From: Candidatus Omnitrophota bacterium
GTDB lineage: Bacteria > Omnitrophota > Omnitrophia > Omnitrophales > Aquincolibacteriaceae
Assembly (NCBI GenBank): GCA_022709525.1
Contig: JAKLIQ010000001.1
Span: 210,679-274,678, forward strand
Length of the DNA stretch: 64,000 nucleotides
Direction of reading: 5' to 3'
In this document: in pieces, positions 9,044 to 17,759 of the stretch
Layout of the letters: every line of letters starts with the position of its first letter
Position numbering within the stretch: position 1 is the stretch's first letter
Made by a program: the position numbers and the translations under genes
Notes under the pieces: generated by a model
What the model was told of the DNA's origin: nothing
The model's database searches: none
What the model saw: only the letters and a program-made list of their open reading frames with translations

Positions 9044-9170
9044 TTCCTCGCCTGGTTCTCATGAATTTTTGACAGAAACCAGTGCAGTACCTGATAATCT
9101 TTTAAATTTTAAAGAAATCAAGCACGGGACTCAATAGAACGAGCCCCGAGTCCCCAGGGGCGAGTCCCCC
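9028..9170. repeat. Composite REP-like element: left arm 9028-9053 (CGGGACTCGGGACTAG...), AT-rich 70-nt spacer, right arm 9124-9170 (...GAGTCCCCAGGGGCGAGTCCCCC)
   Basis: Same GGGACT family; the arms form an inverted repeat. Confidence 0.5.
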
Positions 9171-9223
9171 GATTCTATTAAAAAAGAAAGTCTTATTTCA
9201 ATAAAGTTCGGTTAAAATAAGGT

Positions 9224-11575
9224 ATGTTCCGTCATTTCGCAGAATTCGTACATCATTTCCGGTGGCCGGTCCTTCTGGCTATCCTGCTAAGCGTCTTTAT
9301 CCTCGGGATGGCGGTCTTGCGTCTCCAGGTCGATCCCTCCATGGAAACCCTCTTCATCAAAAAATCCCCCGAATACCAGTATTACCAGCAATACCGCGGA
9401 AAATACGGCAGCGACCAGATGATCGCCGTCGCCATGGCCACCGACGATCTCTTCACGCCCGCAAATCTCCGGATCCTTAAAAGCATTACCGACGGGATCG
9501 CCAGTTACGGGCAAGTGGAGCGCGTGATGAGCCTCGCTAACGCCATGGATATCCGCCACAAAATGCTCGGCGTCAAAACCGTTCCGGCGCTGGAGGGGGT
9601 GTTCGAAGGGGAGCGTTCGATCGAAACCGTCAAAGAGGAAGTGTTGCGCAATGAACTTTATCTCAGCAACATTGTTTCCAAGAACGGCAAGATCGCCAAC
9701 ATCCTGGTTTATCTGAAGCCGGCGGAAAAGAACAGTGCGGCGGCCAACGGCGCCTTTATCGAGGAGCTGCGGGCCTATCTCGAGGATTTTGAAGGTCCCG
9801 GCGTGAAGTTCTACATGGCCGGCGCCCCGGTCGAGCAGTATGAATTCATCGATCTTATCCACCGCGACCAGATGGTGTTCGTGCCGATCATTACGGCGAT
9901 CCTCGTCCTCATGACGCTTTTGATCTACCGGAGCTTTACCTGTATGGTCCTTTCGATGTCGATCGTGTTTACGACGCTTATCTGGACGCTCGGGACGATC
10001 GCGCTTTTAGGGCAGGAGCTCAACCTGATGACGTCACTTCTGGCGCCCGTGATCATGATCGTGTCGGTGATCAATTCCACTTACCTCATCAATCTTTTCT
10101 TCGAGGTCCGGCCGCATCACAAAAGCTTGAAAGAAGCGGTAAGCGTCACGATCCAACAGCTCGGGATGCCGTGTTTTTTGACGCATTTTACGGCGATCCT
10201 CGGGTTCGGCTCGCTCGCTTTGAGCCCCATCCCGGCGATCCAAAGCTTCGGGATCTTTGCGGCACTCGGGACTTTCTATTCCTATATCGTCGAGCTGGTC
10301 ATGACGACGCTGCTTCTGCCGATCCTGCCGTACCGGATTCCGAATCCCGGCAAGGCGCCGGAAGGGCATTTTTTTAACCGAGTGCTTTTGGGATTTCTTG
10401 AGAAGCTTGAATTCCGGTGGAAATGGCTCATCCTCATCGTGACCGCGATCGTGCTCGCGTTTTCCGTCCAGGGGGTCCGGAAGCTTGAAGTCGATACGAA
10501 TATCGTTAAACAAATGAAGCCGAACCTGCCGCTCGCGGTCGCGACGCGGTTCATCGACGATAACTTGACCGGCGTTTATTCGCTGGGTTTTGTTTTCCGC
10601 CGCAAGGACGGAGAAAGCATCGTGGACGCCAAGACCCTGGGTCTGCTTGACCAGTTCAAAACCTACCTGGAAGGGGAGCCCGGGATCGCAAAGGTCAACA
10701 GCATCACGACGCTGGTTAAAAAGATCAATGAAGCGCGGCAGAACGACCCCGACGCTTACCGCATTCCGCGGAGCCCGATGATCCTCAATCTTTATTTCAA
10801 GGGCATGGCCCAGTCCAAGGATCCCGAGCTTTGGAAGCTTGTCTCGCCCGATTTCAAAGAAGTGCGCCTGGAAGCGCGCATGCGGGCGATCGGGACAACG
10901 CAGGGGGCGCTTCTGGAGGAGCGTGTCCGGGAATATCTGAAGACCCATATGAGCGATTTCTTTGAATACAAGCTGACGGGCAATGTGGTGCTTTTGGGCA
11001 AGATCGCCAAGAGTCTTGTGCATGAGCAGACGCAGAGCTTCGCGTTCGCTTTCGCCTCCATCCTGATCGTGATCGTGCTCATCTTCCGCTCGATCCCGCT
11101 GGGGCTCCTGGCGGCGGTTCCGAACGTTTTTCCGATCCTGACGGTTTACGGGATCATGGGGTTCGCGGGGATCGAGCTTTCAACGGCGACCGCTATGATC
11201 GCGAGCATTGTTCTCGGCCTTGTCGTAGACGCCTCGATCCAGTTTCTCTACCGGTTCCGCAAAGAGTTCCAGCACCGGTCGCATTATATCCAGTCCCTTC
11301 ACCACACTTACCGGAACATGGGCCAATCGATGGTGGTTTCGACACTGATCCTCTGCATGGGGTTTGCCGCGAGCGTTTTCGCGAGTTTCCGGATCACGGT
11401 GCATTTCGGTGTTCTGACGAGTCTTACGATCTTTCTGGCGCTTCTTTGTTCTCTTTTGGTGATGCCGGTGCTCCTGATCATGATGAAGCCGTTCGGCCCC
11501 CAGCGTCTTTTCAAACGCAAAGTCGCCGACAAAGACCCTTTGTACGCGGCCAAACATCCCGTCAAGCATGTCTAG
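9224..11575 (+). CDS. RND-superfamily / MMPL (HpnN-like) exporter with two 6-TM bundles
   Basis: 783 aa with two hydrophobic bundles and periplasmic loops; typical MMPL/SSD topology. Confidence 0.75.
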   Translation: MFRHFAEFVHHFRWPVLLAILLSVFILGMAVLRLQVDPSMETLFIKKSPEYQYYQQYRGKYGSDQMIAVAMATDDLFTPANLRILKSITDGIASYGQVERVMSLANAMDIRHKMLGVKTVPALEGVFEGERSIETVKEEVLRNELYLSNIVSKNGKIANILVYLKPAEKNSAAANGAFIEELRAYLEDFEGPGVKFYMAGAPVEQYEFIDLIHRDQMVFVPIITAILVLMTLLIYRSFTCMVLSMSIVFTTLIWTLGTIALLGQELNLMTSLLAPVIMIVSVINSTYLINLFFEVRPHHKSLKEAVSVTIQQLGMPCFLTHFTAILGFGSLALSPIPAIQSFGIFAALGTFYSYIVELVMTTLLLPILPYRIPNPGKAPEGHFFNRVLLGFLEKLEFRWKWLILIVTAIVLAFSVQGVRKLEVDTNIVKQMKPNLPLAVATRFIDDNLTGVYSLGFVFRRKDGESIVDAKTLGLLDQFKTYLEGEPGIAKVNSITTLVKKINEARQNDPDAYRIPRSPMILNLYFKGMAQSKDPELWKLVSPDFKEVRLEARMRAIGTTQGALLEERVREYLKTHMSDFFEYKLTGNVVLLGKIAKSLVHEQTQSFAFAFASILIVIVLIFRSIPLGLLAAVPNVFPILTVYGIMGFAGIELSTATAMIASIVLGLVVDASIQFLYRFRKEFQHRSHYIQSLHHTYRNMGQSMVVSTLILCMGFAASVFASFRITVHFGVLTSLTIFLALLCSLLVMPVLLIMMKPFGPQRLFKRKVADKDPLYAAKHPVKHV

Positions 11576-11713
11576 CAGAGAATATCAAAAGAGATAAAAA
11601 AAGCTAGCATGCGTCTTATGACAGTGGTAGAATCCGAGCCCTTGAGATTCAAGGAAAATTTTGCATTGCGTTTGGTATGGTTTCTATTAAACAAAACCAG
11701 CAGGAGGTTGAAG

Positions 11714-13234
11714 ATGTTCCATTCGAAAAAACTTATCCCTCTTCTCGCTTTAGTGCTTGTGGTTGGAACGGCCTTTGTGCTGTCCGGCTGCGCAAGTTGC
11801 TGCGGCGAAGCAAAATCCAAACCCGCTTCTACGGGCGGCGCGCTTCGCGGCGTGCTAGGGTGTGATGACTGCGAAAAATCCTCCAGTCCTCTTCACATCG
11901 AAAAAGAAATGCCGCGTCAGATCGTCGTGGGAAAACCCTACACTTATACGATCAAGGTCTCCAATGAATCCTCCTGTGTGTTGGAAGACGTGGTCGTGAA
12001 CGAAAGGGTCCCTGAGAAATACGAAATGCAGACCGCGACTCCCAAGCTGAGCAATGTGGCCGGGCGCGTCGCAACCTGGGATCTCGGCTATTTGAAAGCC
12101 GGAGAGACCAAAGTGATCACCATTACCGGTATTGCTTCAGATGCTAGCGCGACGACGGCTTGCACGACGGGCGATTATACCCCTGTCCTGTGCCTTAGCC
12201 CCGAGGCGATCTCCCCGAGCTTGAAAGTCGCTATCGAAGCTCCGGATCAGGCGCTCATCTGCGATACGATCCCGGTCAAGATCACCGTGACCAATAGCGG
12301 CACCGGTTACGCGCAGGGCGTTGTGATCACCCAAGCCCTTCCGAAAGGCCTTACCACGACGGACGGAAAGACCTCCGTCACGATCAATGTCGGGGACCTC
12401 GCGGGCGGCGCCTCCAAGGCGTTCAGCGTGAACCTCAAAGCCACGGAGACCGGTAGCTTCGCCAACAAGGCGAGCGCCGAGGCCTCTAACGGCTTGTCCG
12501 CTGCGTCCGGTTCCGTGACCACCGAAGTGAGCCAACCCGTGCTTAAGGTCAATATCGCGGGCCCGAGCAAGATCTTCGTTACGAAGAACGCGAACTATGA
12601 AGTGACGGCGCAGAACGTGGGCGATGCCGCTTCGGCCAATACCGTTGTGAGCGCGACCATTCCTTCGGGCATGAAATTTGTGAGCGCCACCAACGGCGGC
12701 GCCGCGGATGGCGGCAAAGTCGTATGGAATATCGGCACGCTTGAAGCCGGTAAGTCCGTGAAGCTCGGTATGACCTTGAACAGTGTGACCGGCGGCACCG
12801 GCGAAAGCGTTGCCAGGGCGACCGGTACTTGCTGCCAGGAAGCTGGCGCAAGAGTCCAATCCGATGTCCAGGGTATCCCGGCCATCCTTTTGGAGGTCAT
12901 TGATACCGAAGACCCGATCCAGGTTGGCGGAACGGAAAAGCTTTACATCACCGTGACCAACCAGGGATCCGCTCCGGATAACGACATTGTCGTGAAAGTG
13001 AAATTCGAAGAGAATCTCGACTATGTCGCCGCGTCCGGTCCGACGCCCGGAAGATCCGATGACGTCAAGAGCGTCGAATTCGCGCCGCTTGCGTCCCTCG
13101 GCGCGGGACAAAAAGCAACATGGGAAGTGACCGCGAAAGCGGCCAGTGAAGGCGACCATCGCACGACCGTTGTTATGACCAGCGATGCGATCAGCCGCCC
13201 CGTGCAGGAAACGGAAGCGACCCGGATCTACTAA
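11714..13234 (+). CDS. Cysteine-rich lipoprotein with DUF11/Chlam_OMP6-type repeats (OmcB-like), long paralog
   Basis: Lipobox 'LSGCASCCGEA'. Repeated Ig-like DUF11 units. C-terminus '...ETEATRIY' shared with the paralog at 22333. RBS CAGGAGG before ATG 11714. Confidence 0.7.
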   Translation: MFHSKKLIPLLALVLVVGTAFVLSGCASCCGEAKSKPASTGGALRGVLGCDDCEKSSSPLHIEKEMPRQIVVGKPYTYTIKVSNESSCVLEDVVVNERVPEKYEMQTATPKLSNVAGRVATWDLGYLKAGETKVITITGIASDASATTACTTGDYTPVLCLSPEAISPSLKVAIEAPDQALICDTIPVKITVTNSGTGYAQGVVITQALPKGLTTTDGKTSVTINVGDLAGGASKAFSVNLKATETGSFANKASAEASNGLSAASGSVTTEVSQPVLKVNIAGPSKIFVTKNANYEVTAQNVGDAASANTVVSATIPSGMKFVSATNGGAADGGKVVWNIGTLEAGKSVKLGMTLNSVTGGTGESVARATGTCCQEAGARVQSDVQGIPAILLEVIDTEDPIQVGGTEKLYITVTNQGSAPDNDIVVKVKFEENLDYVAASGPTPGRSDDVKSVEFAPLASLGAGQKATWEVTAKAASEGDHRTTVVMTSDAISRPVQETEATRIY

Positions 13235-13255
13235 GCCGAGGTCCTTGTTTTATGC

Positions 13256-13293
13256 AAAAGCGCCACGGATTTCTCCGTGGCGCTTTTGTTCTT
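13256..13293 (+). terminator. Rho-independent terminator (aagcgccacgga-tttc-tccgtggcgctt plus T-run)
   Basis: Perfect 12-bp stem followed by TTTTGTTCTTT. Confidence 0.75.
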
Positions 13294-13334
13294 TAAGGTT
13301 TCACAGCTTTTAACCATCCAATGAAAAGGGGAGG

Positions 13335-13517
13335 ATGTCCATGAACACCATTCTAGGTCTGATCGTTCTGGTGCTTGATATCATTGCGATTGTGGATTGC
13401 GTGAAAAGTTCCGTGGCTACGGGAAAGAAAGTCCTTTGGATCATTTTGATCCTGATCCTGCCGTTGATCGGTATGATCCTGTATTTCCTGTTGGGGAAGC
13501 AGAAAAAAGCGGCGTAA
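13335..13517 (+). CDS. PLDc_N-like small membrane protein (2 TM, YxlE-like)
   Basis: 'LGLIVLVLDIIAIVDCVKS...KVLWIILILILPLIGMILYFLLGK'. RBS AAAGGGGAGG. Confidence 0.55.
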   Translation: MSMNTILGLIVLVLDIIAIVDCVKSSVATGKKVLWIILILILPLIGMILYFLLGKQKKAA

Positions 13518-13541
13518 GCTTTTAAAACTCGCAAAACAAAA

Positions 13542-13580
13542 AAGGCCTGATCTTTTCAGATCAGGCCTTTTTTGTTTCCA
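13542..13580. terminator. Bidirectional terminator hairpin (aggcctgatc-ttttca-gatcaggcct) flanked by A- and T-runs
   Basis: Perfect 10-bp stem with a T-run 3' and an A-run 5'. Sits between convergent genes and abuts attR. Confidence 0.7.
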
Positions 13581-13588
13581 GATAAATC

Positions 13589-13605
13589 TGGGGAGTAGTG
13601 GATTC
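13589..13605. repeat. 17-bp direct repeat TGGGGAGTAGTGGATTC (attR candidate), identical to the 3' end of tRNA-Tyr at 21301-21317
   Basis: Exact 17/17 match; flanking bases differ on both sides. Confidence 0.6.
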
Positions 13606-13724
13606 CTAAAACCCCCTATACAAAAAACGCGCGCTCTTTTTCATATAGGAAAAATTTTCTTCGGTTTGTTTTCTTTCGTCTTTTTATGATCCTTTTTAGT
13701 CCCCAATCGGTCCCAGAAAGACAT

Positions 13725-14357
13725 TTAACTGAACTGCAAGCGCCTATCAAGACCAAGGTGTTGGAAACGAATCCCGGCTGCCCAGTCACTCACCTGAAAC
13801 ACTTCTGATAGTTTTTGTATCGTAATTAAGTGCACTGTTGTGAGAGGCGAAGAATCATGCGCTTCGTCCTGGAAAATCTCATTTGCCTTTTCTTCGAAAA
13901 GATGTGCCGGCATTAAAATAGCAGCGGCAAGATATTTTGCATTTTTATCCATGAGTCGATAAATCGCTGGATCCAAAGAGTCGTAAAGGTTCAGATAATC
14001 TTCTGGAGTTTTAACATTTTTGAAAAGGTCCTTATGTATGATTGCATGCGCTCCTTCCTCCGCCAGGGTAAAACGGTAGCGCCGCTCATTTGAATCAAGA
14101 TCCATAAACATAGGATCCATCCTGATCGCACGCCGGCTCAGGGTAATGTAAGCCTCCATACCGTAAAGGCGTTTCAAGGACTGGAATTCTATGATGGAGA
14201 TATCGAGATCCCTTTCCAGAATCAATTCGATATCGACAGGGATAGAATCGGGAGGTTTGTGAAACTGTTTTAAAAACTCTTCAGCTATCGCTTCTAACTC
14301 CCCAGTATTGTAAATGCGCGGATCTAAACTGGGTTTGTTAGGTTCCTTTGATGTCAC
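13725..14357 (-). CDS. ImmA/IrrE-family (DUF955) metallopeptidase-like protein with variant motif EEGAH in place of HEXXH
   Basis: 'FTLAEEGAHAIIH' aligns to ImmA 'FTLAHELGHLLLH'. Coupled to the upstream XRE gene by a 20-nt overlap. Confidence 0.55.
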   Translation of the reverse strand: MTSKEPNKPSLDPRIYNTGELEAIAEEFLKQFHKPPDSIPVDIELILERDLDISIIEFQSLKRLYGMEAYITLSRRAIRMDPMFMDLDSNERRYRFTLAEEGAHAIIHKDLFKNVKTPEDYLNLYDSLDPAIYRLMDKNAKYLAAAILMPAHLFEEKANEIFQDEAHDSSPLTTVHLITIQKLSEVFQVSDWAAGIRFQHLGLDRRLQFS

Positions 14358-14715
14358 GAATCAGCTGCCGGATTTGTTCTTTTGTGAGTTTTTCGTTTTT
14401 GATGGTTCTCGCCATTAACGGAAGTTCTTCCATTGCTTCGATCTCTTCAAAATACTCCTGAACATCGGCGGATATTTCGCCTTCCTTTGTGGCAAGGTCA
14501 AACAATTTCCCGTAATCTTGGTCCTTGTCTGACAGCCCCAATGCTGAAGCGATTCTTTTCAGAATTTCTGGCGCTCTAGGGGGGTTGGCTTTTCCGCACT
14601 CAATGTTACTCAGGTTCGACGGAAGAATCTCCACCACTTTGGCAAACGACCTCAAACCCAATCCTTTAGCGAGCCGTAGTTTTCGCACGAAACTGCCAAA
14701 TGTAGTTTTGCTCAT
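14338..14715 (-). CDS. XRE-family helix-turn-helix transcriptional regulator
   Basis: 'FGSFVRKLRLAKGLGLRSFAKVVEILPSNLSNIECGK'. Confidence 0.75.
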   Translation of the reverse strand: MSKTTFGSFVRKLRLAKGLGLRSFAKVVEILPSNLSNIECGKANPPRAPEILKRIASALGLSDKDQDYGKLFDLATKEGEISADVQEYFEEIEAMEELPLMARTIKNEKLTKEQIRQLIRDIKGT

Positions 14716-14823
14716 CTAGGTGCCCTCCTGTTATGAAGTATACATAACAGAACTACGGAAAACAAGGGCAAAACTTTAGTTTTTAATAGGGGTATTCTCG
14801 ATAGGAAATGCCGTAGAGCCAGG

Positions 14824-15339
14824 CTAATCTTGGATAGATTCGGCAAGCGGGACATGAAATGACAGGCTCACGAGCCCATATTGCGAAAAAGTCTCATCGG
14901 AAGATATCTTCTTGCCGTCAAAATAGGCCTCGGCCCGCAAGTGCGAACAGTCCGGGTTCTGGAGCTGACAGGTCATTGACATTATGTAGGGATTAGCGGC
15001 CAGCTGAAGTTTTGTTTTTTGGCGTTCTTCTTTGCTCTGGCTATTGGCCTCTCGAATTGTTTGATCGAACGAGGTAACAGTCACAAATGGCGTATGGTTT
15101 TCTCCGGAGAACCCCGTAGATCCTTGCCCTAAACCAATCCCCGAAAAATTGCAATTAATCTTATTAACTCCGCCCCAGCCCTGGTCGCTTTCAATGAGCA
15201 ACATCAACGAGTTTTTTGAATTCTGAAAATACGCCTGTTTTTCTGCGTCATGTGTTGCTCTGACATTCTGGTAATAGGCGCATCCGGACAGAGCCAGCAC
15301 GAGAAGCAATGCTGACAATCTCTTGATCGTGTTTTTCAT
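14824..15339 (-). CDS. Lipoprotein of unknown function (island cargo)
   Basis: 'MKNTIKRLSALLLVLALSGC' lipobox. GGAGAGGGGG RBS. The ORF-track start at 15438 is an upstream extension. Confidence 0.5.
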   Translation of the reverse strand: MKNTIKRLSALLLVLALSGCAYYQNVRATHDAEKQAYFQNSKNSLMLLIESDQGWGGVNKINCNFSGIGLGQGSTGFSGENHTPFVTVTSFDQTIREANSQSKEERQKTKLQLAANPYIMSMTCQLQNPDCSHLRAEAYFDGKKISSDETFSQYGLVSLSFHVPLAESIQD

Positions 15340-15485
15340 AATCCGCCCCCTCTCCAGCGATTTTATAGATTTCATCAGAATTTTTTGCTCGCATTTGGTC
15401 CAGGACGCGCGATCCGGACCTGCCAAGACATAAGGCATGACCCTCTTTCCGAGAAAGTCTGCTCCGCTTCGCGCGCCAAGTCAAG

Positions 15486-15525
15486 ATTGAGTGTAGCACT
15501 ACAGTCAATTGAGTTTAGCACTACA
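15486..15525. promoter_or_regulatory. Two 18-bp direct repeats ATTGAGTKTAGCACTACA, followed by palindrome GTAGCGCTAC, in a divergent intergenic region of the island
   Basis: 17/18 identity, 22-bp spacing. Related inverted copies at 19784-19827. Confidence 0.35.
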
Positions 15526-15671
15526 AAACATGTTGCGTAGCGCTACGCTATGCATCCCTTGGACGTCAATGCGAAGAATAAATTTACGGTGCCTCCGCAC
15601 AATGCGAAAATTTCCCCGCGACAAAGATTGATCCACAAGAAACTGAACATTGAAAAAAAGGAGAAAGATGT

Positions 15672-15938
15672 ATGAACAAGCAACCAACTGCTACTCACTC
15701 TATCCCCTCCGGATCCGAAACCACGGAAACAAACTCCATCTATGAGGCCGCTTACCTTTTGTGCCGGAATTTAAAACTTTGCAGAATGGACCGCAGCGGC
15801 GGCTCTAAAGTAACCTTTGTCTTTCAAGGAAAAGACGCCACTAAAAAGGCTAATGAATTCTTTAACGGCGCGAAGGTTGGAGCGCGTGCGTATTCAGATG
15901 CGGTCCGCAGCCTAAAAGACCGAATTTTTAAACGCTGA
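15672..15938 (+). CDS. Hypothetical small protein (island cargo)
   Basis: ORF with RBS 'aaaggagaaag'; no confident family call. Confidence 0.4.
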   Translation: MNKQPTATHSIPSGSETTETNSIYEAAYLLCRNLKLCRMDRSGGSKVTFVFQGKDATKKANEFFNGAKVGARAYSDAVRSLKDRIFKR

Positions 15939-15964
15939 TCCACTAACCAGGAAGATGGTGGGTT

Positions 15965-16891
15965 ATGCGCGAAGAGAAAAATGATTCAGGAGAGAAGCAG
16001 CATTTTTACATGCTCGAAGCCAGGCACGCGGAACTGGTCGAGTTGGGAAAAATCTCCCTTGAGGATCTTGGCGCCCTTTCCCTCATGGGGTGCAATATCA
16101 ATCCTCACAATGGATACATGATAACCGGGCATAGCGATTATGCCGGAAGGGCAAATATTAAACCGTCCCAAGCGCGCTATCTTTTCGAAAAACTTGAGAG
16201 CGCCGGGCTTATCCGTTTTTTACTTCTCCAGCGCGGGCGATACAGTAAGGGATTGCTGTTTGTAATGGGCCGGAAGTTGGCTGGAGGCATGACGGTTAAC
16301 GATGAATTTGTTTCAAAAACAGCCAAAAAACGAGGCGTTTTTTCCGAATTGGAAAGCGACTTTCCGAATAAGAAAATTACCGAAATCCCCTCTACGGACA
16401 CTCTAGAAGTAAATGACGGATTCCGAATTGACCGAGAGGGAGAGGGAAAGGAGACGGAGACAGAAAGGGAGAGGGATAACGAGCCAATCCTTATTAAAGC
16501 GCCAAGGCTCACCATGGAAATAGCAAAGCATCCCCTTTTTAAACGCATCACGGAAGCGAATTGGGATCTCATTTACAAGAAATACGAATATGCTTGGCTA
16601 GATAACAAACTTCAGGACCTTGCTGGACGGCTTAATAAGGGACCTATATCTTTCGATCGATTGAATGGAATGCTCCAAGATGACTGGACCCAGCGAAGGC
16701 CAGCAAAAGATTATCGTCGCGAGGATGAGAAACAAAAAGCCGATATGCGCCAATGGGCCGCAGATCAAAAGGCAGACGAAGGGAAACCAGATCCGGAGTG
16801 TTTGATTGAGTGGCGAAAGAAGCGTGATCGCATGAAAGGATCGGGGACAACCGAAGCAATGACTGAAGCCGGCGCTGGTGAAAGCACATGA
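15965..16891 (+). CDS. Hypothetical protein with winged-helix-like N-terminal region and acidic ER-rich tract (replication-organizer-like?)
   Basis: 'ARYLFEKLESAGLIRFLLLQRGRYSKG'. Low-complexity 'EGEGKETETERERDNE'. Confidence 0.4.
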   Translation: MREEKNDSGEKQHFYMLEARHAELVELGKISLEDLGALSLMGCNINPHNGYMITGHSDYAGRANIKPSQARYLFEKLESAGLIRFLLLQRGRYSKGLLFVMGRKLAGGMTVNDEFVSKTAKKRGVFSELESDFPNKKITEIPSTDTLEVNDGFRIDREGEGKETETERERDNEPILIKAPRLTMEIAKHPLFKRITEANWDLIYKKYEYAWLDNKLQDLAGRLNKGPISFDRLNGMLQDDWTQRRPAKDYRREDEKQKADMRQWAADQKADEGKPDPECLIEWRKKRDRMKGSGTTEAMTEAGAGEST

Positions 16892-17148
16892 GTAAAGAAT
16901 ACGAGCTTGATAAGCGGATCTTTGACTTTGGGATGGATTGTCTCGAAGGTGCATTCTGTGGCAAATTCAACCGGACCGCTTACTGGCGCGAAGTAAAAGA
17001 AATGGGATCGTTTGAATTTATGCGCGGGATTGAGTTTGTCGTCAAGACGGTAACTTTTGGTGATGGCCTCATACCATACAAAATTCGAAAAGGTGGCAGA
17101 CTTAAGACGTGTGCTTTTTGCAAAGGACTAACAGAGGGAAAAGGATGA
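16888..17148 (+). CDS. Hypothetical small protein
   Basis: Translationally coupled ORF chain; several Cys. Confidence 0.3.
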   Translation: MSKEYELDKRIFDFGMDCLEGAFCGKFNRTAYWREVKEMGSFEFMRGIEFVVKTVTFGDGLIPYKIRKGGRLKTCAFCKGLTEGKG

Positions 17149-17366
17149 AACGGCTAAAGCGCTGGCTTGTCTCGGTGTTTAAGGATCCGCCAAGAGGCCG
17201 GAAGGATCCGAAGCCGTGCGGCATGGGCCCGGAGTGCTCATTTTGGGACTGGTGCAAAGAAACAGATTTTAAGAGGCTTCCAGGTTCAAGAGACCGCAAA
17301 TGCTATGTGGAGACATTCCTTTCCTCGATGAAGGAGACTACCGGTAAACAACGCGCGAAGCGGTAA
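17145..17366 (+). CDS. Hypothetical small basic Cys-containing protein
   Basis: Overlaps the previous stop (ATGA). 'MKRLKRWLVSVFKD...CGMGPECSFWDWC'. Confidence 0.3.
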   Translation: MKRLKRWLVSVFKDPPRGRKDPKPCGMGPECSFWDWCKETDFKRLPGSRDRKCYVETFLSSMKETTGKQRAKR

Positions 17367-17426
17367 CCATAAAATTATACGATTTATATGTAATAAAAAA
17401 GGACAGGGAAAAGGATAAATGAAGCC

Positions 17427-17660
17427 ATGGGCGGCGAGGACCGGAGGGAATACTTCGCGCATTTCAGGCAGTTCGACAAAGACGGACAAGAGTCAGATCT
17501 TTTTAACATGGTCGCGTTCTTTACTTACTTCGATCACAACTGGGAAAGTTCGGGAGCGAATTTTCGAAACCGTCCGCTGACTGTTAAACCCGCGCATGAG
17601 GTCAAATGGAAGCTCGGTAAAGGCGAGGAAAATAACAACTGGACGAGGACCTATTGTTGA
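17427..17660 (+). CDS. Hypothetical small protein
   Basis: ORF with RBS 'ggaaaaggataa'. Confidence 0.3.
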   Translation: MGGEDRREYFAHFRQFDKDGQESDLFNMVAFFTYFDHNWESSGANFRNRPLTVKPAHEVKWKLGKGEENNNWTRTYC

Positions 17661-17759
17661 GCGGAAAAATATCAAGGAATAAGTTGATTTTTAAAACGCT
17701 CCAATGGAGAATCTTACCCAAGAAAAGCATTTTGTAGGGACAGAAGAAAGAAGTTTGTT

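Noticed and set aside
6951-9170. GGGACT repeat copies considered as a possible CRISPR array
   Set aside because: The copies are palindromic, irregularly spaced (gene-length gaps), variable in length, and there are no cas genes. REP/MITE-like is the better explanation.
11609-11713. Upstream extension of the OmcB-like ORF (track start 11609)
   Set aside because: ATG 11714 has a CAGGAGG RBS and starts a canonical lipoprotein signal peptide matching its paralog; the extension has neither.
13589-13605. Possible partial or second tRNA gene at 13589
   Set aside because: Only the 17 nt matching the tRNA-Tyr 3' end are present and no cloverleaf can be formed. It is interpreted as the att duplication of the integrated element.
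16430-16490. Purine-rich near-periodic tract (gagagggagagggaaaggagacggagacagaaagggagagggataac) that looked like a short tandem repeat
   Set aside because: It lies in-frame inside ORF 15965-16891 and encodes an acidic E/R/T-rich linker ('EGEGKETETERERDNE'). It is a low-complexity coding segment, not a repeat array.
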